Part shown: positions 48,560 to 60,384 of the stretch, piece after piece
Layout of the letters: each line of letters opens with the position of its first letter
Numbering within the stretch: position 1 is the first letter of the stretch
NCBI RefSeq assembly: GCF_000143415.4
Contig: NW_003314344.1
Location: 566,336-630,335 of the forward strand
Length of the DNA: 64,000 nucleotides
Reading direction: 5' to 3'
DNA from: Selaginella moellendorffii
Taxonomy: Eukaryota > Plantae > Lycopodiophyta
The notes under the pieces: generated by a model
Databases searched by the model: none
Told to the model about the DNA's origin: nothing
The model's input: the letters and a program-made list of their open reading frames with translations, nothing else
Position numbers and translations under genes: made by a program

Positions 48560-50755
48560 CACACAGTGCACATTCGCCAGCGAGTCCGGCCTCGATTGTC
48601 ACGCCTCCATTCGGCTTCAAATGGTAAGTCTTTTAGGCCAAGTAGAAAATGGCATGAGGCCACATGCCATTCAGTAGCAACATTGGCATGCACCGATTGG
48701 GCTCTCGAGTGCAGTCCGGTTACAGATGGCGTGTAGCCTCACGCCATCTTAGGATGCAGCCTCAAGACATCTGATGCAGTGGTGAATGGCGTGTGGCCTC
48801 ACGTTATTTCCAGCTGCTAGCTTTTCATCTGTCAGCTCTAATTGTTGTGCATTTTTGAACAGGCGAGGAATTGCGTTCTTCTTCCAGCCACTGTCAATGT
48901 GGATGCAGAGAAGGGGGAGGAGCTCACCAGTTGGACTTTCGGGATGGAAGGCGAGGATCTGAGGCTGTACAACACAGATGGTGGGAGAAAAGAATGCATG
49001 GGGATCCTCATCCAAGTGACAGACACTCCATGCAGTTCCATGCAAGAATATGGACTGGCACTTGTGGTAGAGGCAGCGTCCGCCTTCAAGATCCACCTTG
49101 CACATCCTAGCGGCTTCCCAGAGGGGGGCAGCGGCTATGAGGAATTCCTAGAGGGAGCTAGGGAGAGGTTGTCCAGGAGGCCCACAATTTCAAAGACGCT
49201 GCGGGTCTATGAAGATCACATGGAATCCACGGACCTCACCTACGGCGATGTTCAAAAACTATATTCCAACATTGAGCCGTTGAGAGTGACTCCAGTTCGC
49301 GAAGCGAAGGGGAAGGGGGTCGATCTGGAAACTACCTCGAAGTAGAAAAGGGTGGTCAAGCTTAAGCCGACGTCCGACTCTCCTGCTCCAAAAAAGAAGC
49401 TACTCGGTGATGCCATTGCCTCGGGTTCGAACACTACACCCACCAAAAAGAAGAGCCGCAAAGAGCAGAAAGAGCAAGAAGAGGCAGCAAAAATCGTCGC
49501 AGATAATAGTATTTGTTACTATTCCAACAAAGTATATATAATCAATGTGAGCCACATCGACATCCAAAGCAAATACAACCATAGGCTAGTATCTGATGAG
49601 TGGGTGGAGAAACTGAAGCAGAAGATGCTGGCAAGTCTAGTAACACCCGACATCGCAGACGTGATCCCCTACTACCGAACAATGAAGGGCGAGACGAGGT
49701 TTCCAGACTTGATCAATAGGAAGGTGTTGGACGATCAGAACATCCGGTTCTATGCCGTCTCCGGGCAGCATTCTAGCTTGGCGATGCAAGAGATAGTTGT
49801 GGATATTATGGTGGGCGAGGAGGTGAAGAAAGTCTTCAAGACAAGAGTTGTCCGCCTGATAAAAGGCAACTCGCCCCTCCGATCTATCATATACATCTCC
49901 CACGCGCAGAATGTCAAGCAAGAAACGTGCTACAAATCGGGTCTGCACGAGACATTGGCACGAACACGGAAGCTCTGGGTTCAACTGAAGAAGCCACAAA
50001 AACCAGGACAAGGACGTGCACTAGCAACTAGCGCCTGGCAGGTAAGCCTCGTTGCATGTGGCATAGCATGTGGCCTCACGCCATTTCCATTGCAGGAATT
50101 CTCGAGTCTTCTCTCGAAAACACTGGGGGTCAATGACACACTCAGCATCCATAACATTCTACTCGCGACAAAAGTTGTTTTTGACAAATGGGTAGATGTG
50201 CTGAGGAGGTACCATGACGGGGAGTTGCCAAACTCAATGGGTGTGGAGGACGGCCGGAAGCTCAATGATTTGAAGCTCAACGCCTTGCGTTTCTTGCGGT
50301 CTCTAGACGACGACGACCTTCTGACAGTGGCTAATGCTCTTCTACGTGGTGAGGTAGTCTTCAACAAGACCAAAATGACTCCCGGCCATATTGTGACATA
50401 CGAGAACTTGTGCACGACTCTGAGAGCTCGTGCGTTATTAAAGGATTGGATCTTCGAGCAAGTGGCCATGGAGAGGGTGAGCATCGACACCACGCAAGAG
50501 ATGATGGAAGAGCTGGAGTTGTCAAATGAAGACATCGACGAGTACGTGAAGGGGGCCCCAAAGTTCATCGTTCTGCTGCGGGATGCCACGAAAAGTAAAG
50601 CTGAGAAGTTGGATCAGTATCCAAATTTCATTAAGAGGGATGTCGACCGCTGGCTTCAGAAACAGCTCGACCCCGCAGCAGAGGCCTATCGAGAACCTTA
50701 CTGGGTATACGTGAATTCGGATTCGGATTCGGATGAAGAAATTGGACGACGATGA
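48560..50755 (+). pseudogene. Transposon cargo gene encoding a ParB/Sulfiredoxin-like (GQH) domain; start uncertain
   Basis: ORFs 48842-49345 and 49352-50755 are in frame across one TAG; predicted introns 48624-48862 and 50042-50095; NHRLVSDEWVEKLKQKM..P....FYAVSGQHSSLAM matches the ParB/Srx/DGQHR pattern. Confidence 0.7.
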
Positions 50756-50947
50756 CAAGGAGAAGAGAGAGGTGAAGCAATGGCAGGGGGAGGCGAAGTG
50801 ATTGAGTAGACATTTCCTTGTTTAAAATAAAATGGCATGTGCCTCAATGCAGTTGAATTTTGTTATATTTATATACTATATAAAGGTTTGGAAACCTTAT
50901 TTTACAAGTGGGATAATGACAATTCCCACTTTAACGAAATAGAGCTT

Positions 50948-52714
50948 ACATTACAACCAGCGAAAATGAACTACTCCACGACAGAGAAGGAGTGTTTAGC
51001 AGTAGTTTGGGGTTTCGAAAAACTTCATGCATATCTACATGGTTCTTGGACGTTACTTGAAGGTGATCATACTGCTGTTACTTCATTATTAAAGTGGAAG
51101 AACCTGGTTAGTCGTACTGCTCGATGGGCTTTGAAACTTCAGATATATGATTTTGATGTTGTTCATCGCCTAGGGAGTTCTATGGCTGATGCTGATGCCC
51201 TTTCTCGAGCTCCTCTTTCTTCTCCATTCTCTTCTCGTGTTTCTGATGAGCCTGTTGTTCCAGCCTTTGTGGATTTTCTAGACGAGGATTCTGTGTCGTC
51301 GACGGTTGCTGTATTTAACATTCAGTGTCCACAAGGCACAAAGCAAGATCTACCTTCTCTTGATGAGGTTCACGAGGCTCAAAAGATTGAGCCGTGGATT
51401 CGAAAGCTTTGAGATGGGTTTGAGAATCCTGTATCACTTGCTGATGACTTGCCTTTTCGGCATTTACATTCTCAATATCGCCTTGAAGACGGCCTTCTTT
51501 ATTTTCTGGGGATGGATCCTGATGATCATTTATGGCTGGTGGTGCCTTCTATCTTTATTCCGTGGTTTCTCCATGCCTACCATGATTCTCCTGTTCTAGG
51601 AGGGCATATGGGACATCGTCGTGTAACTGAGAAGTTGCGCAAGTTTTTCTATTGGCCAAAGATGCGACGTGATATTATCTGGTATGTGTGTAGCTGTGTT
51701 TGGTGCCAAGCTTTTAATACTCCCCCTCGGGCTGCGGAAGGACGGTTGGAGTCAATTTCAGTTTCCTGTCTATTTGAGTTGGTGGTGTTTGATCTTATGG
51801 GACCTTTTCCACGGTCGACTGCTGGCAATGAGTATGTTATTGTAGCTTCTGACTACTTGACTTGTTGGGTGGAAGTTGGTGCTCTTGCTAGTGCCTCTGC
51901 AACTGCTGTTGGATACTTCCTCCTCAATCGTGTGGTGTTCCAGCATTCTTGTCCAGAGCGGATTCTTTCGGATAATGGTCCTGCATTTATGGCTGAGGCA
52001 TTTCATGTTTTGACGTCTCGGTTGGGGATACGCCACACTTTCACGAGTGTTTATCATCCACAATCAGATGGTCTAGTGGAACGGCTCGTTTGGACATTCA
52101 AGGGGATGATTGTGAAGTATGTGAACTTTCAGCATTCAGATTGGGATGGTTATTTGCCATCTTTTCGGTACGCATATGTCATAGGGGTGCAGAGTTCTGT
52201 TGGTGCTTCACCATATGAACTCTTATATGGTCATGATCCAATATTACCAACGGACTTGGGTTTACCTTCGCAATTGCCACGAGCTACCGATGCTAGGTCA
52301 TGGGATCAGTATTTGATGAGCATCCTTCCACTTATCTGAGCAGAGTCTGCCGAACACTTAGGCCATGTACAAGGGGGACAACAACGGCGGTACATCTCCC
52401 ATCATCGTCCTCCTGCAGAGTACAAAGTGGATGATTTGGTGTTAGTTCGTTTTCCCCATCTTACGGTACGTGGTTTATTTAAGGGGCTCCTTGCGCAGTG
52501 GAAAGGGCCATATCAGGTGTTGCGGCAAGTTGGACCACAAGTTTATGAGGTTCGGCATGATGTTCAGCAAGCCGATACTCCAGAGATTGTGTATGTGCAG
52601 CGGTTGAAACGCTTCATACAAAGGGATCAAGAGCAGTTAATACCACTTACAAATCTGCTGATGCCTCCTCCTGACGTTCCTCCAGATCCCGGCCCATCTA
52701 CAAGAGAACCCTGA
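50948..52714 (+). pseudogene. Gypsy RNase H (rest) and integrase with GPY/F motif, no chromodomain
   Basis: NYSTTEKECLAV, DHTA, ADALSR; HHCC (YHD..GHMG..CVWC); DLMGP, SDNG, GLVER; WKGPY; in-frame stops. Confidence 0.93.
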
Positions 52715-52746
52715 TGGTCTTCCATTATTCCGAGAGGAGGGGATGA

Positions 52747-52918
52747 TGTGACCAAGTGTATGGCTACGATGCCATATACTAATATTAGCGTAGTGGGATT
52801 TTGGTAGCTGTCGGATTGGTTTCAATCTGGACCACTCGCTCATGTATATAAGTTAGGGTTTTTGGGCTAATTGATATGCACATTTCTGTATTCCCTTTCC
52901 ATATTCCAAGCACTCACA
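52747..52918 (+). repeat. 3' LTR of the Gypsy element
   Basis: Preceded by the GAGAGGAGGGGGATGA PPT, followed by CTCT. Confidence 0.93.
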
Positions 52919-54296
52919 CTCTAAATTACTCCATTATCTCCATAATCCTCAAAATAAAATATTTTTTAAAATGTGATAAAAATAACCTAATGAAATTTTA
53001 AACCCTTAGATATGGAGAATATCCAAGCATATTTTAGGATATTCTTTAATATATATGCAATCAAGCTTTAATTCTAAATTATATTAGTACCTCACAAACG
53101 AGGTTCTCCAGGCATTGTAGCTGGCACTCCTCTGCAGCATCCACATGCAAAACCTCATCTCAATCCTGTGCTTAGGGCAGGGAAGTCTGCCAATGAGAGC
53201 TCTTTTCCATAGTGAGTGTGTCTTGGAATTCGCTAATTAAGCCAGATGAAGAGACAAATTTCATGGCTACCTTTCAGCTTTTGCACAGAGATTGAGTAGC
53301 AGCATAGGAAGAAATATCTGGAAAGAATAGTGGTTCTAAAGAAGGATCCATGCTCAAGCTTCTAGTGCTGGCTATGGATCCAAAGTCTACCTGTCAAACA
53401 TACTCATAAAGTGGTGTAGCAAGCTCATGGACTTTGGGTCCCAACTGTTCACTGGCAAGAAGCAGAAGTTTTTACTTGTCCTCAAGGCCGATAGCATCCA
53501 AACTGCAATGTTTAGAAAATGTACTTTGGGCAGTTTTGTTGCCATAAGTATGTTTGCTTTGATTTGCACATCCTTGGCTTAAGTGGACTTTGGGCCAAGT
53601 GTAATTTTCAACTTCAAAGTTTATAAAGTTTTATCTGCAATCTTTCTTTATAGCTGCCTTTCACCTCTTTCTTTTGTGCGAATCATTGCTCTAGTTGGCC
53701 CCTTCTGTGATGCATTTTTGTAGCCAGAAAAATCTTGTAGAGGCAATAACTCATATCATAGTGTTCACTATGTGTCACTCTTTTGGCTCTCACCCACGGC
53801 TATCCACTACCACCTTTTTGAAATCGGAGATGAGTACTCTGCACTAAATATTGGATCGCATCATGTATGTTTGGTGGGTATGATCTTTTATCTACTGGAG
53901 GCTGAAACATCCAAGTTTTGGGTATGTTCTTTGGTCCCAGTTCATGTCTAGTTACCAAATGGTAGGGGTTGAGGTTGAAATTGAGGAAAAAAATCCAACA
54001 TGTCAAGAGTGAGCTCCTGGTGTACAACTAGAAAATCTCCCTTACAAATGTGGAAAAGAGATGCTCCAAGTAAACTGCAGCGCTAGTAAGTTCAGTGCTC
54101 AACGATTGCAATCGCTGTTATTCCTTAATTACCGTTTCTATCCAAAGAAAAGCCTGTTCAGCAGTGCTGCAGGTAATCTTTCCCATGGATGATCAGTTCA
54201 CAGACCTAGGAGGAGCCTCCTCCACCTGGCCTTTGTACATATCAACCATGGTTAATATTAAACTTGAAAATAATCAAGGCTCACTTGAAAATATAG

Positions 54297-56318
54297 TTAC
54301 ATGTCATCAACTGGCACTCCTCGTTTTCTAAGGATTCTCGTCCCTCGCTTAGCCTCTCCTCCAGAGAGCTTTCTCTTGTTCGCCATTTCCTGGCTAGCTC
54401 TCTTACTTCTTCGCAGAGGCAAAGGCCCAAGCGCTAGCATTGCAACCTGCGGAGAAGAACGAGCGTTGATCCTCCTGCTAGATTCTTGTCTGCTGCTTCC
54501 TCCATCACCAGTCGGATCGATTGCGATCACAGCTATCTGGTTGCCTTCTCTTGCTGCTGCTTCGTTTCCCCCCTGTTCGTCGAGATCAATCACCAGAGGT
54601 GAGACTTGTAGCCTGGTGGCGGAGCGAGTCCGCATTCTTCTGTGAGCCTCAAGGTTTGTCTCTTCCACGCGTGAGACAGCTTCCAAATCCTTCCTCGACT
54701 TCTTGACGGGCTCTGTTTCGGCCATCTTAGAAGATCCGCGAGCTTGCTTCTCAGCTGTCTCCTCATGGGACCTGTCTCGTCTTCTCGCTATTCTTTTCGG
54801 CTGTAGACGCTTTGGCTCTTCCACTGGTGCCGCCAACAGTTGCAGATTTCTATCGCCCTTGTCTTCCACTCCACCTTTACACTCTTGCTCTTCGCACTTT
54901 CGAGCATTTTCCACATTTCTCCTGTCTGTCCGCGATGAGGGGCTTCTTCGTACCAGAGTTCCCCGTTTCGTTGAAGATGCCGGCTTTTGTTGTTGTATCT
55001 GAGCGCTGGTATCCGTTGTTGAGGGAGCTAAAAATTCGTTGTCCGAGACCACAGCATCAGCACACTTGTCCTTAACAGCCACTGCTTCCGAAGGTAGAGA
55101 TGGCATCTTTTGTTGTTGTATCGGAGCTAAAGTTTTGTTCTCTGTGACCACTGCGACCACAATCTCAGCACACTTGTCCTCGACAGCCACTGCTTCCAAA
55201 GGTAGAGATGGCTCCCACGAGTACTCGATGCAATCGCTCGCCATCTCATTCCCTGGAGACGGCTCCTCCCCACTTCGTTTCTCGGGATTTCCCAGAAGAT
55301 TGTCACCAGCCGGTACTCTGCTTTGCTGGTGGAGCAGCTCTTCGGATTCCTTGCTCTTTGGAGTGCTCGTTGGTTTCTCCGAGTTCTTCACCCGATCGTC
55401 GTCAACTGATCCATTACTCTTCGGTGCTTCTTTCTCAGCCAAATCCGGCTCAGCCACTCCCCGGTCAACTTGTTGTTCGTTGCCTTGAGGATCTAGATTG
55501 CCTGCTAGTCTCTTCTCTGTTACCTTGTGTGGATCGCTCGGTCGAGCCATTGCCCCCAATTGCTGCTGCTTGGTCTTCACTGGTGCGGCTTTTCCCTCCC
55601 TCGAGCGTTTTCTTTCGAGCTTCAAACTCGCTAGATCTTCTTTACTGGCACCCGAAGTGCTCGTTCCTGCTTCCTCCTCGATACTCGTCTTGTCGCATAA
55701 CCTGTCATCGATGTCATCAATGCTTTCGCTTGGACGCTTCCTCTCGGCTTTGGCCCCGTCGTCGACCAACAGGCTTCTCTCGAGCACAATCTCTTCTTTG
55801 TCAGGCATACTTTTCTCCACGATCTTGTGAAGTGCGTCAATAGATGGCACTGGATTTTCCGCACGATCACCATTTTCGTCTCCACCATCTTTCTCGAGCT
55901 CACCATCATCCATTCTTTCCCGGCACGCCACTGGAATCCCGGCACCCTTCCTCTCACACTCTACCAATCTCTGGCTCCTCCTTTGCCGATCGCTACGCGG
56001 CTGGAGAATCCTCACACTACTCTTTCTCCTTGCCTGCTTCCTGGGCCGCGACAAGACGCTCTTGATCTGCCGTGCCTTGGCAAGCTCCTGGCGTAGACTC
56101 AGCGGCCTTCGCTCCTCCTCCTGCACTGGAGCAGCATTTGTTGGCCTGCCAATCGATCCTCCAGCTTCCAGGCAGCTCTCCAGGTCCAGCACCTCCATTT
56201 CCAGATCGAATCGGAGATGGGCCTCCATCTGCTCGAAGTAATCCGCGTCCGACACATTCCCTTCCATTGGCGCAAAAGCCCCGGAAGCAGCTGTCAATCT
56301 TGCCAGGGGAATCGACAC
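54297..56318 (-). CDS. 673-aa charged, largely disordered protein (possibly the first exon of a longer gene)
   Basis: Long uninterrupted ORF, basic NLS-like patches, internal ~35-aa duplication (PSLP.EAVAV.DKCA), GTAACT donor-like site at its end. Confidence 0.55.
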   Translation of the reverse strand: MSIPLARLTAASGAFAPMEGNVSDADYFEQMEAHLRFDLEMEVLDLESCLEAGGSIGRPTNAAPVQEEERRPLSLRQELAKARQIKSVLSRPRKQARRKSSVRILQPRSDRQRRSQRLVECERKGAGIPVACRERMDDGELEKDGGDENGDRAENPVPSIDALHKIVEKSMPDKEEIVLERSLLVDDGAKAERKRPSESIDDIDDRLCDKTSIEEEAGTSTSGASKEDLASLKLERKRSREGKAAPVKTKQQQLGAMARPSDPHKVTEKRLAGNLDPQGNEQQVDRGVAEPDLAEKEAPKSNGSVDDDRVKNSEKPTSTPKSKESEELLHQQSRVPAGDNLLGNPEKRSGEEPSPGNEMASDCIEYSWEPSLPLEAVAVEDKCAEIVVAVVTENKTLAPIQQQKMPSLPSEAVAVKDKCADAVVSDNEFLAPSTTDTSAQIQQQKPASSTKRGTLVRRSPSSRTDRRNVENARKCEEQECKGGVEDKGDRNLQLLAAPVEEPKRLQPKRIARRRDRSHEETAEKQARGSSKMAETEPVKKSRKDLEAVSRVEETNLEAHRRMRTRSATRLQVSPLVIDLDEQGGNEAAAREGNQIAVIAIDPTGDGGSSRQESSRRINARSSPQVAMLALGPLPLRRSKRASQEMANKRKLSGGEAKRGTRILRKRGVPVDDM

Positions 56319-56546
56319 CGCCGTGCTGGTGAGTCACGAGAGAGATCATCACTCCAGCGTCTAGCTAGCGAACTCCACACAGCCGCATTCTCACCTCCGA
56401 TCAACGCCCATTCCCGAAGAACCCTAAAACCTCTTTTTTCTTTTTATGCTAAAAGCGGGAGTCTTGTTACCGGATTCGAACTCTGGACAAGCTGGTCGAC
56501 TTGTTGACTAGTCAAAGCCTAGTCTATGGAGTAAAAATGCTGGTCT

Positions 56547-58259
56547 ATGGAGAGAAGGCAATGCTTGGAGCAAATCCAATCGTGTAGGACGCTTGCCGAA
56601 GCCGAGAATCTCCACTCGCGCATCCCGCCATGGATGAGCTCCGACAAATTCGTGGCCAAGAAGCTTATCGAGATGTATGGACGGTGTGGGAGCCTGGGCA
56701 AAGCGCGATCCATTTTCGATGCCATCGACGGCCCAAAAGATTCGTTCGCATGGAATCTTCTCCTCGTATCGTACTGCAGGAACGCATCTCTGGAAGAATC
56801 CAGGCACATCTTCTTCCAGATTCCCAATCCAGACCTTGTGGCGTGGACAACCATGGTATCGGCATATGCCCAGGCAGGGCATCCACTGCAATCGAGGGAG
56901 TTCTTTGTAAGAATGCCACAGTGGAATATGGTGACGTGTAACTCCATGTTGGCCGCTTACGCACAAAACGGACATGTTGAGGAGGCCAAGTTTGTGTTTG
57001 ACTTTTTGCCAGAGCAAAATCTTGTGTCTTGGAACTCTATGCTTGCGGCATATACCCAAAACGGGCATTTGGAGAAAATGAGACAAGTCTTTGGCTCAAT
57101 GCCTGTTCATGATTTAATCTCCTGGTGCTCTGTGTTAAGCGCTTACGTCCAACATGAAAAACTTGAGGAAGCAGTGTCAGTGTATGACTCAATGCCGGAG
57201 AGAGATTTAATTACTTGGAACGCCATGCTTGATGGATATGCAAAAACCGGACATTTACGAAAAGCCAAAACTTTGTTTGACTCGCTGCCACAGAGAAACC
57301 TGATCTCGGTCACGGTTCTTCTGGTGGGCTTTGCGCAGTCCGGGAATCTTAGCGATGCAAAGAGAATCTTTACGACAATGCCCGAGAGAGACACTGTGTC
57401 GTGGACTGCTATGCTCGCTGCATATACGCAAAACGGTCATTTGGAGGAAGCCAAGCTCGTGTTTGACACGATGCCGCAGCGGAGTTTGGTCTCTTGGAAC
57501 GCGATACTCTCTGCTTTTGTGCAAAACGGCGTCCATCTCGAGCAAACCAAGGCTCTGTTCGACTCGATGCCGGAGAGAGACATGGTGTCTTTCAATGCAA
57601 TGCTTGCGGCTTACTCGTGGAGCGGCTACGCGGAAGACGCAGCGAAAATGTTTGGCATCGAACTTCCGGACCGAAACCTCGTCTCCTGGAACACTCTCCT
57701 ATCTGGATTCGCCGAGAATGGTCATGTTTGCCAAGCTCGATCCCTGTTCCTCCAAATGCCCGAGCGAGATCTGCTCTCCTGGAGTGCCATGCTCGTCGCC
57801 TTTGCGCAAAATGGACGCTTCGCCTCGGCCCTTGACACATTCGAATCCATGAAAACGCTCGAGCTTCCCGACCACCTATGTTTCCGGGAGATCTTTCTCG
57901 TTTGCAACCACGTCGGGAAGGCTTCCATGGGAAGATCACATTTTGCTTCCATGCAGTTGGACTTCGAGCTGGAGCCGACCAAGCACCACTTTTGCTGCAT
58001 GGTGGATCTCTTGAGCCGGGCTGGTTATCTCGAAGACGCAGAGGATTTGATCAAAACCATGCCTTTTCTGCCGGATGTGGTCGAATGGACGAGCTTGCTC
58101 GCTGCTTGCAAGAGCTATGGCGATGTTGAGCGAGGTACTCGAGCGGCACAAGCGGTGTGTGAGTTCGAGCCCGAGAATGGTGGGTTTTACGTGTCACTGG
58201 CCACCGTGCATGCCATTAAGAAAATAGTGGCGAAGGATTTGCTTTGCCCTAATTTTTGA
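56547..58259 (+). CDS. PLS-class PPR protein with E motifs, no DYW (organellar RNA-editing type)
   Basis: About 11 tandem 31-aa repeats (VSWNAMLAAYAQNGHLEEAK.VFD.MPERN), then P2-L2-S2-E (MPFLPDVVEWTSLLAAC). Confidence 0.95.
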   Translation: MERRQCLEQIQSCRTLAEAENLHSRIPPWMSSDKFVAKKLIEMYGRCGSLGKARSIFDAIDGPKDSFAWNLLLVSYCRNASLEESRHIFFQIPNPDLVAWTTMVSAYAQAGHPLQSREFFVRMPQWNMVTCNSMLAAYAQNGHVEEAKFVFDFLPEQNLVSWNSMLAAYTQNGHLEKMRQVFGSMPVHDLISWCSVLSAYVQHEKLEEAVSVYDSMPERDLITWNAMLDGYAKTGHLRKAKTLFDSLPQRNLISVTVLLVGFAQSGNLSDAKRIFTTMPERDTVSWTAMLAAYTQNGHLEEAKLVFDTMPQRSLVSWNAILSAFVQNGVHLEQTKALFDSMPERDMVSFNAMLAAYSWSGYAEDAAKMFGIELPDRNLVSWNTLLSGFAENGHVCQARSLFLQMPERDLLSWSAMLVAFAQNGRFASALDTFESMKTLELPDHLCFREIFLVCNHVGKASMGRSHFASMQLDFELEPTKHHFCCMVDLLSRAGYLEDAEDLIKTMPFLPDVVEWTSLLAACKSYGDVERGTRAAQAVCEFEPENGGFYVSLATVHAIKKIVAKDLLCPNF

Positions 58260-60384
58260 GTTTTTCAACTTTTCCTTTTTCTCTCGCTCGACTTACCATT
58301 GGCGTCGTTGATCAGCTTCTTCACAGAAGCCATCTCGGCTCCAGATATCGCGCACAGCCGAGCCGGGAAATTAATGCAGCATTCTCGGAATTCCTTCCGG
58401 GCTCACCCATAGTCCAATTTGGCTGTCATCTGATAAACCAGGCAACGCCACAGCTGAGCGTGTTATGAGATGAAACACCAAAGGTGTGAGATCATAAATT
58501 AGGAAGCGGCAGTGGACAAGATCCAAGGTCTCAGAACAAGCTGGAAGTAGCAATGCACAAGCTCAATGTTTAGTTTGGTTAAAAAAAAAATTTATATAGA
58601 TAGGAAGATAATAAACATTTTGGAATTTTATAATTATAAACATGTTTATAACTAATAAGCACAAGATTAATATTATTGCATTAGATGGTAGAATAAATTA
58701 GAATATACTAGAAAGTGTTATGAAAGTTTATAAATTATAAATACAAGATTAATCTAAATGAATTATGTTACATGGTAGAATATCCTAGAATATCCAAGCA
58801 TAATCGACGCATATTCACTATATGTTTAAGCAAACCAAAAATAAATTCCCAAAATTCAATAGATTGCATTCAGTCAAGCATAATGCTAAGCTCTCACTTC
58901 TAGATAAGCCATCTCCCACTGGAATTCTCCTACAGGAGGGTAATCAACCATCTTTTGCTTTAAGGATCTCAACTATAGTCCATTCCTTATAGCCTCCAAA
59001 CTGAAAGCTATGTTGTGGTGTGCACCATGAGTATTAGAAGAAGCAATCCTTAGGAGCAATCCCTCATGCCAACAATATTAAACTGCAGCATAGAAAGACT
59101 AGATTGATTGTTGTTGAGCTAGGGACTATCATGAGCTTCAGATGCTCTATGACAGGGAAATCTCAATGTGAAGGATTATTTAATGATCGAGCTTCTAGTC
59201 CACTACTTCTAGATATTCATATGGCCAAAGAGGATTTTGGAAATGATTAATTATGGAGCAATGGGGAAAGATCCATCCTATACAAATCTCCTAGAAGACC
59301 TCAAACAAGCTCATGAGATCCAAGACTTTATATCCTTCTTCAAAATGACCACAAATATCCATGATTTTTCATATGAATACATAGTGATGAGCTTGGGAAA
59401 TGCTTAAAACATGTGATTACCCATAGAGAGAGTTGAGTAGGAAGAGCAATCAAAGTGCCATTTTTCGTTTTGCTTTAAGCTTAAACATATATTCTATTAG
59501 TAAAATATTAATATTAAATATTGATTATAAATGAATTAGAGAAAATTTTAAGAGAAGTAAACCACAACCATTGTATTAAAGAACATTTTAGAATATAGCT
59601 AGATATTTTGAGTATATACTTTACACCCCTCGAAAGTAAATCAAAATAATTTGCTACCCTATATAATTACTAGCAATGTTTGGTTCACTTTGGAAAAATA
59701 ATATTCTATTGTTTTTTGATTAATATAATAATTTTGTTACTTTTATGACTAATAAATATTAAAAATTAAAAATTAAAAATTATAATTATTTTTAATATAA
59801 TTTTTAATTTCCTTAAAATTATTTAAATTTATGAGTGTCAGCTACAATGAAATATATTATTATTATTATCATAATGATAATTTAATAGCCAGTAGATTAT
59901 TTTCAATCCAAACCACTCACTTGTGTATATAAACTATGGTTTTTGGGCTAATTAAATATACATATTTTTATATTCCAATCACTCACATTAGTGAAAGTGA
60001 GGAGTAGCTCTAATTTTCTTTAAGAGGCACTTAGATTTATGTTTTTAGTTTAAATCTAGCTTTTACATTGTTTAGATCTCTCTCATTTTTATAGTTTTTT
60101 CATTTTTTTCATTTTTTTTTCTTTTTTTCATTCATTTTTCTGGAAAAGTAACATACTCATCCTTTACAACAGCTTCCTTTTCCATAGCTAGATTTCTTCC
60201 ATGAGAATTCTAGGGATGATATGCACTATTGGTTTGATCACTTTACCATCTATCATTCTTGGGATGTTTAAGTTTAGCCACTTCTGCCATCTCCTAGACA
60301 TTTTCAAGCATGTAATTAGATATATTAAAAACTATAATGATATCTTTTATCAAGGTCTGTTTAAATTAGTTATGCAATTTAATC

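Larger units (their letters stand above)
45416..50852. repeat. Dispersed 20-bp palindrome family TGGCRTGWGGCCWCAYGCCA (about 11 copies)
   Basis: Copies at 45416, 45486, 45584, 45682, 47196, 48650, 48727, 48787, 50064; degenerate at 46264 and 50833. A perfect 30-bp palindrome spans 45579-45608. Confidence 0.92.
44207..50947. mobile_element. 6.7-kb TIR DNA transposon (possibly Sola-related) inserted in the Gypsy RNase H
   Basis: Perfect 24-bp TIR AAGCTCTATTTCGTTAAAGTGGGA (44207-44230 / 50924-50947); ACAT duplication; removing it restores IAYINRT|LQPAKMNYSTTEKE. Confidence 0.93.
40514..52918 (+). mobile_element. Full-length decayed Ty3/Gypsy LTR retrotransposon with nested insertions
   Basis: TG..CA LTRs at 40514-40690 and 52747-52918, CTCT flanking duplication, PBS at 40692, PPT 52732-52746; domain order gag-PR-RT-RH-IN. 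Confidence 0.96.
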
